Numbered from the whole stretch's first letter, positions 1-10,686 are shown. The stretch: 63,865 nucleotides of DNA, filler included, from Octopus bimaculoides (GCF_001194135.2; 9 parts of 8 records of this genome joined end to end with filler, not necessarily neighbours in it), one strand, 5' to 3'. Translations and numbers: made by a program. The notes: generated by a model not told the origin, from the letters alone.

Positions 1-266
1 TAAAGACAGAAACAATTCCTATCATAGTAGGTGCCTTAGGTATAATAAAAAAATATTCAGACAAATACATAACAAAAACACCAGGACTTACACATATATA
101 TAACATACAGAAAATTGCACTACTGGGTACTGCACACATTCTACGCAAAACACTTTCAATACAGTAAACATAAGAGCACCACAGCAATCCACAGCACATA
201 TCCAAGGCGCACAGAGCTGCGCTCGGTAGGGAAGTGAAAGCACGTTATAAAAATAAAACTACTGAA
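1..266 (+). mobile_element. R4/Dong-like RLE non-LTR retrotransposon, 3' end (3' UTR type A), followed by (AAT)n tail 267-304
   Basis: Frame 3 from nt 3 reads KTETIPIIVGALGIIKKYSDKYITKTPGLTHIYNIQKIALLGTAHILRKTLSIQ* (stop 165-167). The IPIIVGALG...LLGTAHILRK terminus is typical of RLE-clade ORFs. A near-identical inverted copy lies at 11303-11576. Confidence 0.85.
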
Positions 267-267
267 C

Positions 268-307
<40 letters not shown>

Positions 308-324
308 GCCCTGATGCCACACCA

Positions 325-785
325 AAAAAACTTATGCATGGACTAGTTAGACTTCAGAAAGTCTTACGACTTGTTGCCGCATTCGTGGATTTAGGAAACA
401 CTCGACATGTGTGGAATAGCAGAGAACGCGTGTGCCCTGATTAAGTACAGCATGCGTAGTCGTGAAATGCGTCTTTCCTCTAACAACCAGATATCAATCG
501 AAAGAGACATCTTCCAAGGAGACTCTTGTTCACCTCTTTTATTTGATCCCACTTTCTGAAGTCCAACAAAAAATCAACGTGCACTATGAGCTGAGAAAGA
601 AGGGACATCGTCTGAAGCACCTTCTCTTTATGACTGATTTGAAACTGTTCACGAAAACAGAGCCTGAAATGGAGAGGCTGGTTGAGACTGTGCAAATGTG
701 CAGCAAGGGTTTAGGGATGGAATTCGGTATCTGGAAGTGTGGAGTGCTTACTTTGAAGCGAGGGAAAAGAGTTAATTGTAGGGGC
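325..785 (+). pseudogene. Decayed reverse-transcriptase fragment of an R4/Dong-like LINE (internally deleted)
   Basis: LDFRKSYDLLPHSWI near 345-395, then HLLFMTDLKLF...GMEFGIWKCGVLTLKRGK (ORF 462-971); stops and frameshifts are present. Confidence 0.8.
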
Positions 786-1690
786 ATAGATTATAGGAAA
801 GCGTATGACATAATCCCACACTCATGCATAAGTGAATGTTTATGTATATTGAGTATAGCAGAGAACATAAGAGAAATAATTCGCTCTAGCATGAAGAAAT
901 GGAAAGTAGATTTCTACTCGGGTGAGACACTCTTAGGGAAAGTTAATATCAAAAGACGAATTTTCCAGTGAGCCTCGTCGTCCCCTTTCATATTTGTCTC
1001 ATGTTTGATCCCCCTCAGTTTAGTATTAAGGAAGGCCAAAGCATGGTATCAGATCAGAAATAGTAAGGGAAAAATTAACGATTTGCTCTACATGGATAAT
1101 CTGAAGCATATTAGTAAGACTGAAAAAGCGATAGAGGCCTTAATACAGACTTGGCGTAGATATGTGTGCAATATTAGTGATGAGAAGGGGACAGGTAATC
1201 AACAGCGAAGGCATCCAGTTAACCGATGGCCATACATTAAAATCATTGAAAGAAGGAGAGAGAGTTATAAGTATTTAGGAGTATTAGAAACTGATAGAGT
1301 ACTAACTATAGAAATGAAAACGAAAATTTAGGAGTATATCAGAAGGGTGAGGAAACTAATGAAGTCAAAGCTAAATGGTCCGAATCTACAAGAGAATTGA
1401 GATCACTAAAATGTGGCAGGTACAAGTGTCAAACATGAAGGTTATCTCTATTGCCATCGGAGCATTGGGTTCAATACAACCCAATCTGAAAAAAAACAAC
1501 ATCTAAAACTTTAGAATTACCCTACAATCTAGGCGTAATGGAAAAGTCGACATTACTTGGAACTGCACGAATATTGCGTAAAGTACTGTTTGTTTGAGGT
1601 CCTTGCTGTGGCTTGACAAACAGTACAAACGCCCGGTAGACACAATATCTTCAATTAACAACCTTATGATATTGTATACTGTGCGACATC

Positions 1691-1693
<3 letters not shown>
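786..1693 (+). mobile_element. Second R4/Dong-like LINE remnant (RT motifs + RLE C-terminus + 3' UTR type B), followed by (ATA)n
   Basis: IDYRKAYDIIPHSCI, RIFQ, LLYMDNLK and YKYLGVLE are present; after a deletion come IAIGALGSIQPNLK and LLGTARILRKVLFV* (stop 1595-1597). The 3' UTR matches the reverse complement of 42176-42290. Confidence 0.85.
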
Positions 1694-1728
<35 letters not shown>

Positions 1729-1799
1729 TGATAATAAAAATGGTAATAATAATAATAACAACAACAGCAACAGCATCAATCATAATAATAATTTTTAAA

Positions 1800-2019
1800 A
1801 TGCTTTCAACTTTTGCCACAAGGTGAACCATTTTCGGGGAGGGGAAAAGTCGATTATATCAATCCTAAATGTTTCACTAGTGCTTAATTTATTGACCCCC
1901 CGGAAGGATTCAAAGGCAAAATCGAACTCGTCGGAATTTGATCTCAGAACGTAGCGACGGGCAAAATACCGCTAAGAATTTTGTCCAGCGCGTTAATGAT
2001 TCTGCCAGCTCGCCACCTT
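1800..2019 (-). mobile_element. tRNA-derived SINE family B
   Basis: Reverse strand: GGTGGCGAGCTGGCAGAA head...CTGAGATCAAATTCC B-box...TTTGCCTTTGAATCCTTCCGGGG...AATAAATTAAGCAC core; many copies in the window. Confidence 0.85.
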
Positions 2020-2056
2020 AATGATAACAACAACAACAACAACGATGATCATGATG

Positions 2057-2096
<40 letters not shown>

Positions 2097-2117
2097 TAAT
2101 AATAATAATAATAATAA

Positions 2118-2169
2118 TAGTTTATAGAGAGGACTGATAAACTCAGTAGAAAGTCCTCTCTATAAACTA
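2118..2169. repeat. Perfect 17-bp inverted repeat with 18-nt loop
   Basis: TAGTTTATAGAGAGGAC (2118-2134) / GTCCTCTCTATAAACTA (2153-2169). Confidence 0.9.
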
Positions 2170-2432
2170 AAAATGAATTAGACTGACATTTATTTTATTT
2201 TGAACCAGACCAGTTGAAGACACACGAGACGTCGAAATATTGTCATTGTTCAAAGGACCAGTAAATAAGTTACTTTCGAGTTGCGCTTTCTGTTATTGAG
2301 TTGGCCGTAGTGATGGATTACGTCAGCTATGTTTACCTTAGTGATGGAATTTGGCAATCGTATACGAAAGTTAAGAACTCATCTTTCTATATAATAATAA
2401 TAATAATAATGATAATATTAATAATAACAATC

Positions 2433-2645
2433 GTTTCTACTATAGGACACAGGGCCTAGAATTTGGGGGGAGGGTGACTAGTCGATTACATTGACCCAGT
2501 ACTCAACTGGTACTTAATTTATCAACCCCGAAAAGATGAAAGGCAAAGTCCACGAGGGTGGAATTTGAACTCAGAATGCAGCAACGGGAGAAATACCGCC
2601 AAGCATTTCGCCCGGCATGCGACGATTCTGCCAGCTCACCGCCTT
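2433..2645 (-). mobile_element. tRNA-derived SINE family B
   Basis: Same head, core and CCCTCCCCCAAA-type tail as the other family-B copies. Confidence 0.85.
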
Positions 2646-2736
2646 AACAGTAATAATAATAATAATAATAATAATAATATGATGGTGGTAATGATCGTGA
2701 TACTGATTATGATAATGATGATGACGATTGCGACGT

Positions 2737-2777
<41 letters not shown>

Positions 2778-3268
2778 CTGATGAAGTTAATCCTTTGATA
2801 CAATTCGTCATTACTGTATTAGTGCTTTGTAGTGATCTTCCCTTTGCATGTTGTTTATGAATAAATTCCGATCACAGAAGTACGACAGTCGGTAATGTCT
2901 ATAGAACTCAGAACCATTGAATTTGGACAGAAACATTTATGACTGCACATATTCTGTGTCTTAAATCTCTATTGCCATAATATCACCATGGAAACTGGCA
3001 GAAATACAACTCTTTGAAGCTCCAGTGTTTTGTTGTTTCGTTGTTTTTGTTTTTTATATTGTATTTTTTTTTTCTTCCTGCTTGTGAATTGCTATTCTGA
3101 ATGTTTTTTGTTGTTGTTGTTGTTTTTATTTTCTATGTTAGCCGTTGCTGCTTCTGCTTCTGCTGCTGCTGCTGTTGTCACTATGTATTTGTATAACTCA
3201 TATTGCTGCTGTGGTTTTTTTTTTCTTCTTTTGGTTATTGCTAAAGCTGTTGCTGCCACTGTTGCTGT

Positions 3269-3299
<31 letters not shown>

Positions 3300-4359
3300 G
3301 CTACTGCTGCTACTACTGCTGCTGTTGTTGCTGTTATTTTAGCAATATTTGTTTATGCCGTTCCAAAATGTTATTATTGGTAAAGTGATGTACGTTGTTG
3401 TTGTTGTTGTTGTTGTTGATGATGGGCTTCTTGTTATCGTTGTTGTTATAGTTGCGGCTGCATTTGTTTTCTTTGCATACTTTAGGGTGACGGTGGTAAA
3501 GGATGGAGGGAGCAGTAAATTTGGTGAGAAGAATGAAATATTCACTCGTGGTTTCTGTAATGTAGTTTTAATATCTCGGGAGATAGTGTACAATCTCTGT
3601 TTTGTAAGTAATTGGAATAATCTAACGTTTCTCTGAAAGGAAAAATATTGCAACTAAAAACACAAAACACCCATACAAATGATACAGCATGGAAAAATAT
3701 GTTTATGAAAAGAGAAAGCTTAGATAATATAAATTGGGAAGCATTTTATTTATTTATTTATTTATTTTAATGTTTTCGTTTAGTTTTCGTAGTAGTTACA
3801 CACTCCACGTTACTTGCTCCAGCTATGCGTTAGATTAGAGTAGCGCTACCAACGTGTTAGTTCTGATATTGATAGAGATTTATGGCCATAGGTAACATTA
3901 AGTTGTACATTGTTTCAGTTCTAATATTTGCATAAAGTTTACAACTGTCTGAGTGAAGAAGAAGCCGTTTATATTTTTGTTCTTCAAATTACAACTCTAT
4001 GGTTTTGTGTGAAGTAAATTGCCTTCAACCATAAATCAAAACCAGGTCCGATTTTTTCCCCCATTTCGGAGGACAGTCAGCTATTTAATTATGTCTGAAT
4101 GAAGATTGGAGAAAAGAAATATTAAATTAGTTCTTTGAGATTTTGCAATTTAAGAGTCACATAAATTCACAGGAAAAATTCATTATTGCCGTATGATTGC
4201 GATGTTTACTGCTGAAGCACCTGATTACACGTTGGACATAATTTGCGTGTAAGCACGGGCAAGTGATTTTTTTCTCTTCTTTCGTTTGACTAATGCTTCT
4301 GGGTGGAATTTTACACACGGAAACTATGCATAAGTACGTTGTATATCTCTTTAATTATT

Positions 4360-4565
4360 TCTTTCTTTCAGTCATTGGACTACGGGTATTCTGAGGCACC
4401 GCCTCCGAAAATTCTAGCTGAACGCGTCGACCCTGCTACTTATTTTAAAAGCCTAGTTCTTGTTCTATCGTTTTATTTTGCTAAATCGCTAAATAACGGG
4501 GACGTAAGCACATCAACACCGGTTGTCAAGCGGTTGTGGATGGCAAACACAGCCACAAGGACATA
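4360..4565 (-). mobile_element. SINE family A, 3' part
   Basis: TTTCAGTCATTGGACTACGG...GAGGCACCGCC...GTCGACCC...CCGGTTGTCAAGCG is homologous to 33279-33480. Confidence 0.7.
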
Positions 4566-4790
4566 TGCGTGGTGCGATGGGTAAATTGTTACCATTTTAT
4601 ATTGTTAATTTCGCGCATGTGTATTGTTCGTTTTTGTTTTATACGATGTAGTAAGGTCAGTTGGGCACCGTCTGTGAGAAAAACAGTACCATGGCGCAAT
4701 TGACTCTACCAGAAAATTGGAAACAACATGCTGTATTTTATTTACATTATTTACCTTCTACGGATATTTGTCCTCATCTTGCTTGTTGTT

Positions 4791-4837
4791 AACACAACGT
4801 TTCGGCTGATATACCCTCCAGTCTTCTTCAGGTTTCT
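4791..4837 (-). ncRNA. Minimal type-I hammerhead motif (inverted-arm copy)
   Basis: GAAAC-CUGAAGA-A-GACUGG...UCAGCC-GAAA-C-GUU-GUGUU; one mismatch each in stems I and II. Confidence 0.55.
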
Positions 4838-5091
4838 TGGGGAAATTTCGAACCTGGGTTCTCATTCCTAAGGTATTCTTCGATGTTGTTATTATTATTA
4901 TAATTATTATTGTTCAGGTCAATGCTTGGAATCGAACCCGGAATCTGGCGTAGTGGTTAAGAGCGCGGGCTACTAACCCCAAGATTCCGAGTTCGATTCC
5001 AAGCACTGACCTAAACAATAATGACAATAGTAATAATAACAACATCGAAGAATACCTTAGGAATGAGAAACCATGTTCGAAATTTCCCTAA

Positions 5092-5138
5092 GACACCTGA
5101 AGAAGGCTGGAGGGTATATCAGCCGAAACGTTTGTGTT
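5092..5138 (+). ncRNA. Minimal type-I hammerhead ribozyme motif
   Basis: GACAC-CUGAAGA-A-GGCUGG/loop/UCAGCC-GAAA-C-GUU-(U)GUGUU: core, stem II, palindromic ACGU stem III and stem I. This copy has one extra U next to the cleavage site. Confidence 0.6.
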
Positions 5139-7021
5139 AACAACAAACAAGACGAGAACAAATATCCGTCGAATGTAAATAATGTAAATAATGTAAATAA
5201 TGTACATAATTCTTCATCTCTTAAATATAGAACTGAACATGAAGATGCTGTACTGCTTGTCATTCGCGCCGGAAGCTCCAATGCGAACATGGACCAATAT
5301 GAAGATATATCGACAGCGATATAGATCAAACATCCAGTCAACATCATGGAATTTGGGGCGATTGCTAGTGATGGAGACGATATGCTTCCATTCATCTTCC
5401 CACACAGGCTCGGACTCAACACGGATTCTTACATCAATTGCCAGGAGGAGGTAGTGCTATCTTGAGTCAAGAGGATGGCTGCTAGAAGACTCTGTGTCTG
5501 GCAACAGGATTCTGCACCACGCAACAGAAGCAGAAAAAACCCCGGTCATGGTTGTCACACAATTTCTGCGACTACATCACTCCTAACATCTGGCCACTTA
5601 ACTCCTCAGAGTGCAGCCCGCTTGATTATCATGTGTGTGGCGCAGTTGAGCAAGAGACACACGATGAACTGAAAGCAAGGATTATGGCATCATTGACCAA
5701 CTTAAACAAGGAGATTATCCAGATGAGTTGCAGGAGATTCCGAAGTCGTCTGGAGGCCGTGGCTGAAGCCAATGGCGATTTTATGGAATAAATTTACTCT
5801 TTAGTATTTCAAGATACATTTATGTAATTTTGGTAAATATAACTATTAAAATGAGGTGAGAGTGTTATTTTCACTTTTGCATAATTTAGATGACAGTTTA
5901 TTCACCGCACCCTGTTCATATAANNNNNNNNNNNNNNNNNNNNNNNNNNNNNNNNNNNNNNNNNNNNNNNNNNNNNNNNNNNNNNNNNNNNNNNNNNNNN
6001 NNNNNNNNNNNNNNNNNNNNNNNNNNNNNNNNNNNNNNNNNNNNNNNNNNNNNNNNNNNNNNNNNNNNNNNNNNNNNNNNNNNNNNNNNNNNNNNNNNNN
6101 NNNNNNNNNNNNNNNNNNNNNNNNNNNNNNNNNNNNNNNNNNNNNNNNNNNNNNNNNNNNNNNNNNNNNNNNNNNNNNNNNNNNNNNNNNNNNNNNNNNN
6201 NNNNNNNNNNNNNNNNNNNNNNNNNNNNNNNNNNNNNNNNNNNNNNNNNNNNNNNNNNNNNNNNNNNNNNNNNNNNNNNTATATATATATATATACATAT
6301 ATATGTATGTATGTATGTATGTGTGTATGTATGCATGTATGTATGTATGTATGTATGTGTGTATGTATGCATGTATGTATGTATGTATGTATGTATGTAT
6401 GAATATGCACTGTATAAGAACAGCAATACATATATGTTGAACACTTTGTTCTGCTTAGAGATTGAAATTGTTAGATGCGTGGTAGCTGAACTCTTTGTCT
6501 AAATATTTAAGCTTTTCCAGATTGTAATTTAAACATGCAATAACGAAACCAAGCAACCCATAATTACTGGTATTAATGTGAATTTATATCTATAGAGATG
6601 CTACAGGTTTCGAAGCATTTGGTTATGACTATTGGTTTTACCGATTTTGGAACTGACGTTTACATGTACAAGACGGCTAGTCTCTACTGCTATACATGAG
6701 GTATATAGTATACATGCATTCATACATACCTGGATGGATGGATGGATGGATGGATGGATGGATGTAAAGTAGTGAATTGTAGAAATGTGAAAGCACATTA
6801 TTCGTTCTGGCTCTCTACACTATGAGTTCATATTCAAACAAGGGGAACTGTGCCGAAATTTCTTTTGGGGTCAATCATTAAAGTACATATACAATACTGG
6901 GAACAGTTTTCTCTTCTAATTCCTGCCTCGTTGTTGCCATCTCTCTCTCTCCCTCTCTCTTTCTCCCTCTCTCTTTCTCCCTCTCTCTCTCCCCCTCCCT
7001 CTCTCTCCTTCTCTCTCTCTC

Positions 7022-7081
<60 letters not shown>

Positions 7082-7743
7082 NNNNNNNNNNNNNNNNNNN
7101 NNNNNNNNNNNNNNNNNNNNNNNNNNNNNNNNNNNNNNNNNNNNNNNNNNNNNNNNNNNNNNNNNNNNNNNNNNNNNNNNNNNNNNNNNNNNNNNNNNNN
7201 NNNNNNNNNNNNNNNNNNNNNNNNNNNNNNNNNNNNNNNNNNNNNNNNNNNNNNNNNNNNNNNNNNNNNNNNNNNNNNNNNNNNNNNNNNNNNNNNNNNN
7301 NNNNNNNNNNNNNNNNNNNNNNNNNNNNNNNNNNNNNNNNNNNNNNNNNNNNNNNNNNNNNNNNNNNNNNNNNNNNNNNNNNNNNNNNNNNNNNNNNNNN
7401 NNNNNNNNNNNNNNNNNNNNNNNNNNNNNNNNNNNNNNNNNNNNNNNNNNNNNNNNNNNNNNNNNNNNNNNNNNNNNNNNNNNNNNNNNNNNNNNNNNNN
7501 NNNNNNNNNNNNNNNNNNNNNNNNNNNNNNNNNNNNNNNNNNNNNNNNNNNNNNNNNNNNNNNNNNNNNNNNNNNNNNNNNNNNNNNNNNNNNNNNNNNN
7601 NNNNNNNNNNNNNNNNNNNNNNNNNNNNNNNNNNNNNNNNNNNNNNNNNNNNNNNNNNNNNNNNNNNNNNNNNNNNNNNNNNNNNNNNNNNNNNNNNNNN
7701 NNNNNNNNNNNNNNNNNNNNNNNNNNNNNNNNNNNNNNNNNNN

Positions 7744-7784
<41 letters not shown>

Positions 7785-7900
7785 CATACATACATATATA
7801 TATATAACGCAATGACAATATTGACTCGGAGATATTTATGTGTATTTACATAGAGTAAATCAGAATGTATCATGTTGTAAGTAGGCTCAAACTGTTTGAA

Positions 7901-8113
7901 CTATAATATCATATCAAAATAATATATATTGGTTTGTTCTGTTTCACTAATGAGACTCGTCGTTGGAAAATGAAGCCGATAGTATCTGCTGGCCCTTTTT
8001 ACTAAATCCATAGCTCTTTGATCGTTTTCATCATCATTTTTACTACCAGTTCTGTATTTCTGTATTTGTTGTAATGTTTTTCTATTTTCCTCGTTATATT
8101 TTATGGCTATCAT
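7901..8113 (-). CDS. Candidate coding exon / small ORF of unknown function
   Basis: 70 open codons in AT-rich unique DNA after an ACAG acceptor-like site: MIAIKYNEENRKTLQQIQKYRTGSKNDDENDQRAMDLVKRASRYYRLHFPTTSL...; no recognised domain. Confidence 0.2.
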   Translation of the reverse strand: MIAIKYNEENRKTLQQIQKYRTGSKNDDENDQRAMDLVKRASRYYRLHFPTTSLISETEQTNIYYFDMIL

Positions 8114-8399
8114 CTGTGTTTCATATATATATACACAGAAAAAAATTCTCACAAACATGCGTGCAAGCCCACACATACATCCTCATATACACACACATAC
8201 ACAAACACACACACATACACAAACACACACACTCATGTGTGTGTGTGTGTGTGTGTGTGTGGTTTGGGCATAGGGATACGAATAATCTGGTGTTCGAAAT
8301 CAATAAGCATGTGCTTCAGAATAAAGAGTTAGTCGAGTAGAGAGCATAATATGAAATTATATAAATGTCAAATGAAGAGGAAACTGCAATAAACTTCAT

Positions 8400-9750
8400 T
8401 AGCTTACAGCTTTTTCTGTTATAAGATGCAGTACACTCAAAGTTCAGTGCTTGAGCATCAAGTAATAGCTTCAGCGGTGCTTTAAAAATCAAGTACTTGT
8501 TTAGATGTGTCCTTAAAGATATATCGCCAGATGGGGTGCATGTGGCCAAAAGGAAGAATTCCAAGAGCGTAGAGATCCTTTTCAAAAGCGAAGCCCTTAC
8601 ACTCAAGCATTCCATTGTGTCCATACGTAACATGGAATTGGTCTGTTACCCAAAATTTTAGGGAGATTGAAGTGACGCATTTGAATAGAGCACATTTCCC
8701 CCAAGGTTGGATATTTGGTAGAGATTTACCAGTGTTGTCTTTGAGATCGGCAACATTTTCCTTGACGTAAAACGAAATGAGCGGAAGATTTGTCGTGTGA
8801 CTAAACCGGAGATCTTCTAACTGATGAAAACGGGAAGAATGATATCCATCACTCGACCGAGTAGAGCGGCGTATTTAAGTTAAAGGGACAAGGACAGGAT
8901 GCCACCACTGTGAATCTGAAAACATCTTAAGAGTATTTTGTGTCGGTGAGAAAATCAGGAGAGAGGGTGAGGAGGATTGTATAGATGCCGACACCATAAC
9001 ACTGACACTGCAGCGCATCGCATTAACTACAGCAGCGAAGAGAGCAAGAGCAAGAAACAGTAGCACGAGCCCCATCAACAGTAGCCATAGCAACAGCAAT
9101 ATCACAAAGACAGGTAGCAATAGCAGCTGCAAGACAAACAATTGCAGTTGCGACAACAACGACAATAGCAGCAGTGACAGAAGTTCAGCAGAAGCAGCGT
9201 GATTCTAGCAACATCTAGAACTCCTCGCCCCCAGGAAATATTTAAAACCCAATTCCTTCTCCTTTCACTTTCTTCTCTCAAATTTATATCTTTTTGACAC
9301 GAACACAGGCACACACGAAAACAAACCACCACCTATACGCGAATCCGTTTTTTGCCGACATAGAATCCTTAACTTGTGAGGAGGAGGGACAACCAAGAAA
9401 AACAAAGAAAGAAAATGGACAATAAAAGATTTCTAATACTGCCAGAATCGTTACAATATTACCAAAACCTAACCCACAGAAAACACAGACAAATCCACTA
9501 CTCCGTCACCAACAAGAACCTCCGCCTGCACCAAAAGAAAACACACAGGAAGAGCACCAACTGAGACACAGAAGCCCAATAACATCAAAAGACATCTACT
9601 CCAAACTTTATGCTGATAGCGCTCTCCAAATCAAAAACTGATGTCCTTTATCGTAATAATAATGTATAAACAGGAGAGGTCTTCAGAACCATGATTTTTC
9701 AAGCTGCTACGAAATTTGAAATAAAAAGTTTGTACTTTGAGACCTATAAA
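8400..9750 (+). pseudogene. Probable decayed L1/Tx1-type LINE ORF1 (gag-like)
   Basis: Microsatellite-free block with stop-riddled RKNSKSVEILFKSEALTLKHS..., a frameshifted CCHC-like knuckle C-HH-C-ESE(K)-H-LKSIL-C at 8900-8943, then a low-complexity P/Q/K/T-rich linker. The family assignment rests on remembered resemblance. Confidence 0.45.
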
Positions 9751-9759
9751 AAAAAGAAC

Positions 9760-10320
9760 GAATGATGGATAATCTCCTCAGTGACGTGAGAAGGCTCAGT
9801 GTAAATACCAAGAGTATGTTCTTAAATGACTTCCCAAAGGAACCACAAAATTTCGTGAAGGCCAAAATACTCCACCTCCGGAACAACCGTTTCTTTTTCT
9901 CCTCCATCATGTCTTTTGTCACGGTAGCTGAAACACCGGTGTCTATAAATGCACCTGGTTATGGTTACCGTGGACGCAGAGTCACCTTCTCAATGTCCTC
10001 AGGTTCAGAAGTGATTCCCGTTGCCAAGACCAGGATTTCTGACACATGCCTCTTAGCGCCCACTTTTTATAAGTTTTGAATCTGCGCATCTTTTTCTCGG
10101 CCTGGAATAGAATGCAGGTTGCAGCGCAGTTTCAGAATGACTGGACATCGAGTTACGGTTATTCTTTCATGATACAGACAGTGTGTTAGTGCTCGTGACT
10201 GCTAATTGTAGTGAAGGTGGTGTTGTTAGACGAGGGCGGGGTGGCAGCAAGTTTCCTTCGTGAGTCTGCAGGATATTTCCTGGGAACTTCTTGCTCTTTA
10301 GTGTTATTCGATGATTGGAA
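9760..10320 (-). pseudogene. Possible second ORF1-like remnant, inverted
   Basis: Minus strand reads ...QIQNL*KVGAKRHVSEILVLATGITSEPEDIEKVTLRPR*...KRLFRRWSILAFTKFCGSFGKSFKNI, ending in a degenerate knuckle-like segment. Confidence 0.3.
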
Positions 10321-10323
10321 TGC

Positions 10324-10508
10324 CATCAAGCGATGTTGGGGGACAAACACAGACACACATACATATATACACATATATATACGAAGGGCTTCTTTCAGTT
10401 TCCGTCTACCAAATCCACTCACAAGGCTTTGGTCGGCCCGAGACTATAGTAGAAGACACTAGCACAAAGTGCCACGCAGGGGGACTGAACCCGGAACCAT
10501 GTGGTTTG
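10324..10508 (-). mobile_element. SINE family A, 5' part
   Basis: Reverse complement of ...CCACATGGTTCCGGGTTCAGTCC...GCACTTTGTGCTAGTGTCTTCTACTATAG...CCTTGTGAGTGGATTTGGTAGACGGAAACTGAAAGAAGCCC. Confidence 0.85.
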
Positions 10509-10615
10509 TCTATTAATTTCCTTTGCTCCTAAGTGTTTATATATATATAAATTCCCACTGATTTTTGTCTCTTTATATTCTGAAAAACTTTTGCACCTGT
10601 CGAGCTATTAAAGAA

Positions 10616-10685
<70 letters not shown>

Positions 10686-10686
<1 letters not shown>

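Larger units (their letters stand above)
4736..5244 (+). mobile_element. Fold-back tRNA-headed retroelement carrying a hammerhead motif (Penelope-type non-autonomous element / SINE)
   Basis: Arms 4736-4946 and 4982 to about 5191 are inverted copies (roughly 90% identical by eye) around a 35-nt loop. A-box TGGCGTAGTGG 4946-4956, B-box GTTCGATTC 4991-4999, (AATGTAAAT)n tail, and 8-bp target duplication ATGCTGTA at 4728-4735 and 5245-5252. Confidence 0.8.
4568..5914 (+). mobile_element. maT-like (DD37D) Tc1/mariner DNA transposon, internally deleted and interrupted by the 4736-5244 insertion
   Basis: Imperfect TIRs CGTGGTGCGATGGGTAAATTGT (4568) and the reverse complement CAGGGTGCGGTGAATAAACTGT (ending 5914). 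Transposase remnants WQQDSAP...[1-nt frameshift]...WPLNSSECSPLDY give 37 residues between the 2nd and 3rd Asp; C-terminus RRFRSRLEAVAEANGDFME*. Confidence 0.85.

Noticed and set aside
2205-2255. Hammerhead-like UUGAAGA...GUC-GAAA (also 29544-29580)
   Set aside because: Stem II overlaps the core or is bulged and stem I does not pair; too degenerate to call.
4946-5010. Possible tRNA-Ser(ACT) gene; likewise tRNA-like heads at 23225, 30481, 32652, 47867 and 49114
   Set aside because: A/B boxes are present but acceptor and T stems do not pair, and each continues into a repeat body; these are SINE heads.
6596-6700. Exon-like segment (TATAG acceptor, GAG|GTATAT donor)
   Set aside because: All three frames hit a stop before the donor.
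5846-7873. Long ORFs in the track spanning N-runs (also 14164-14694, 17044-20682, 25383-25957, 43856-47875, 51210-52365, 62388-63486)
   Set aside because: Open only because N codons cannot be stops; the flanks are microsatellite translations.
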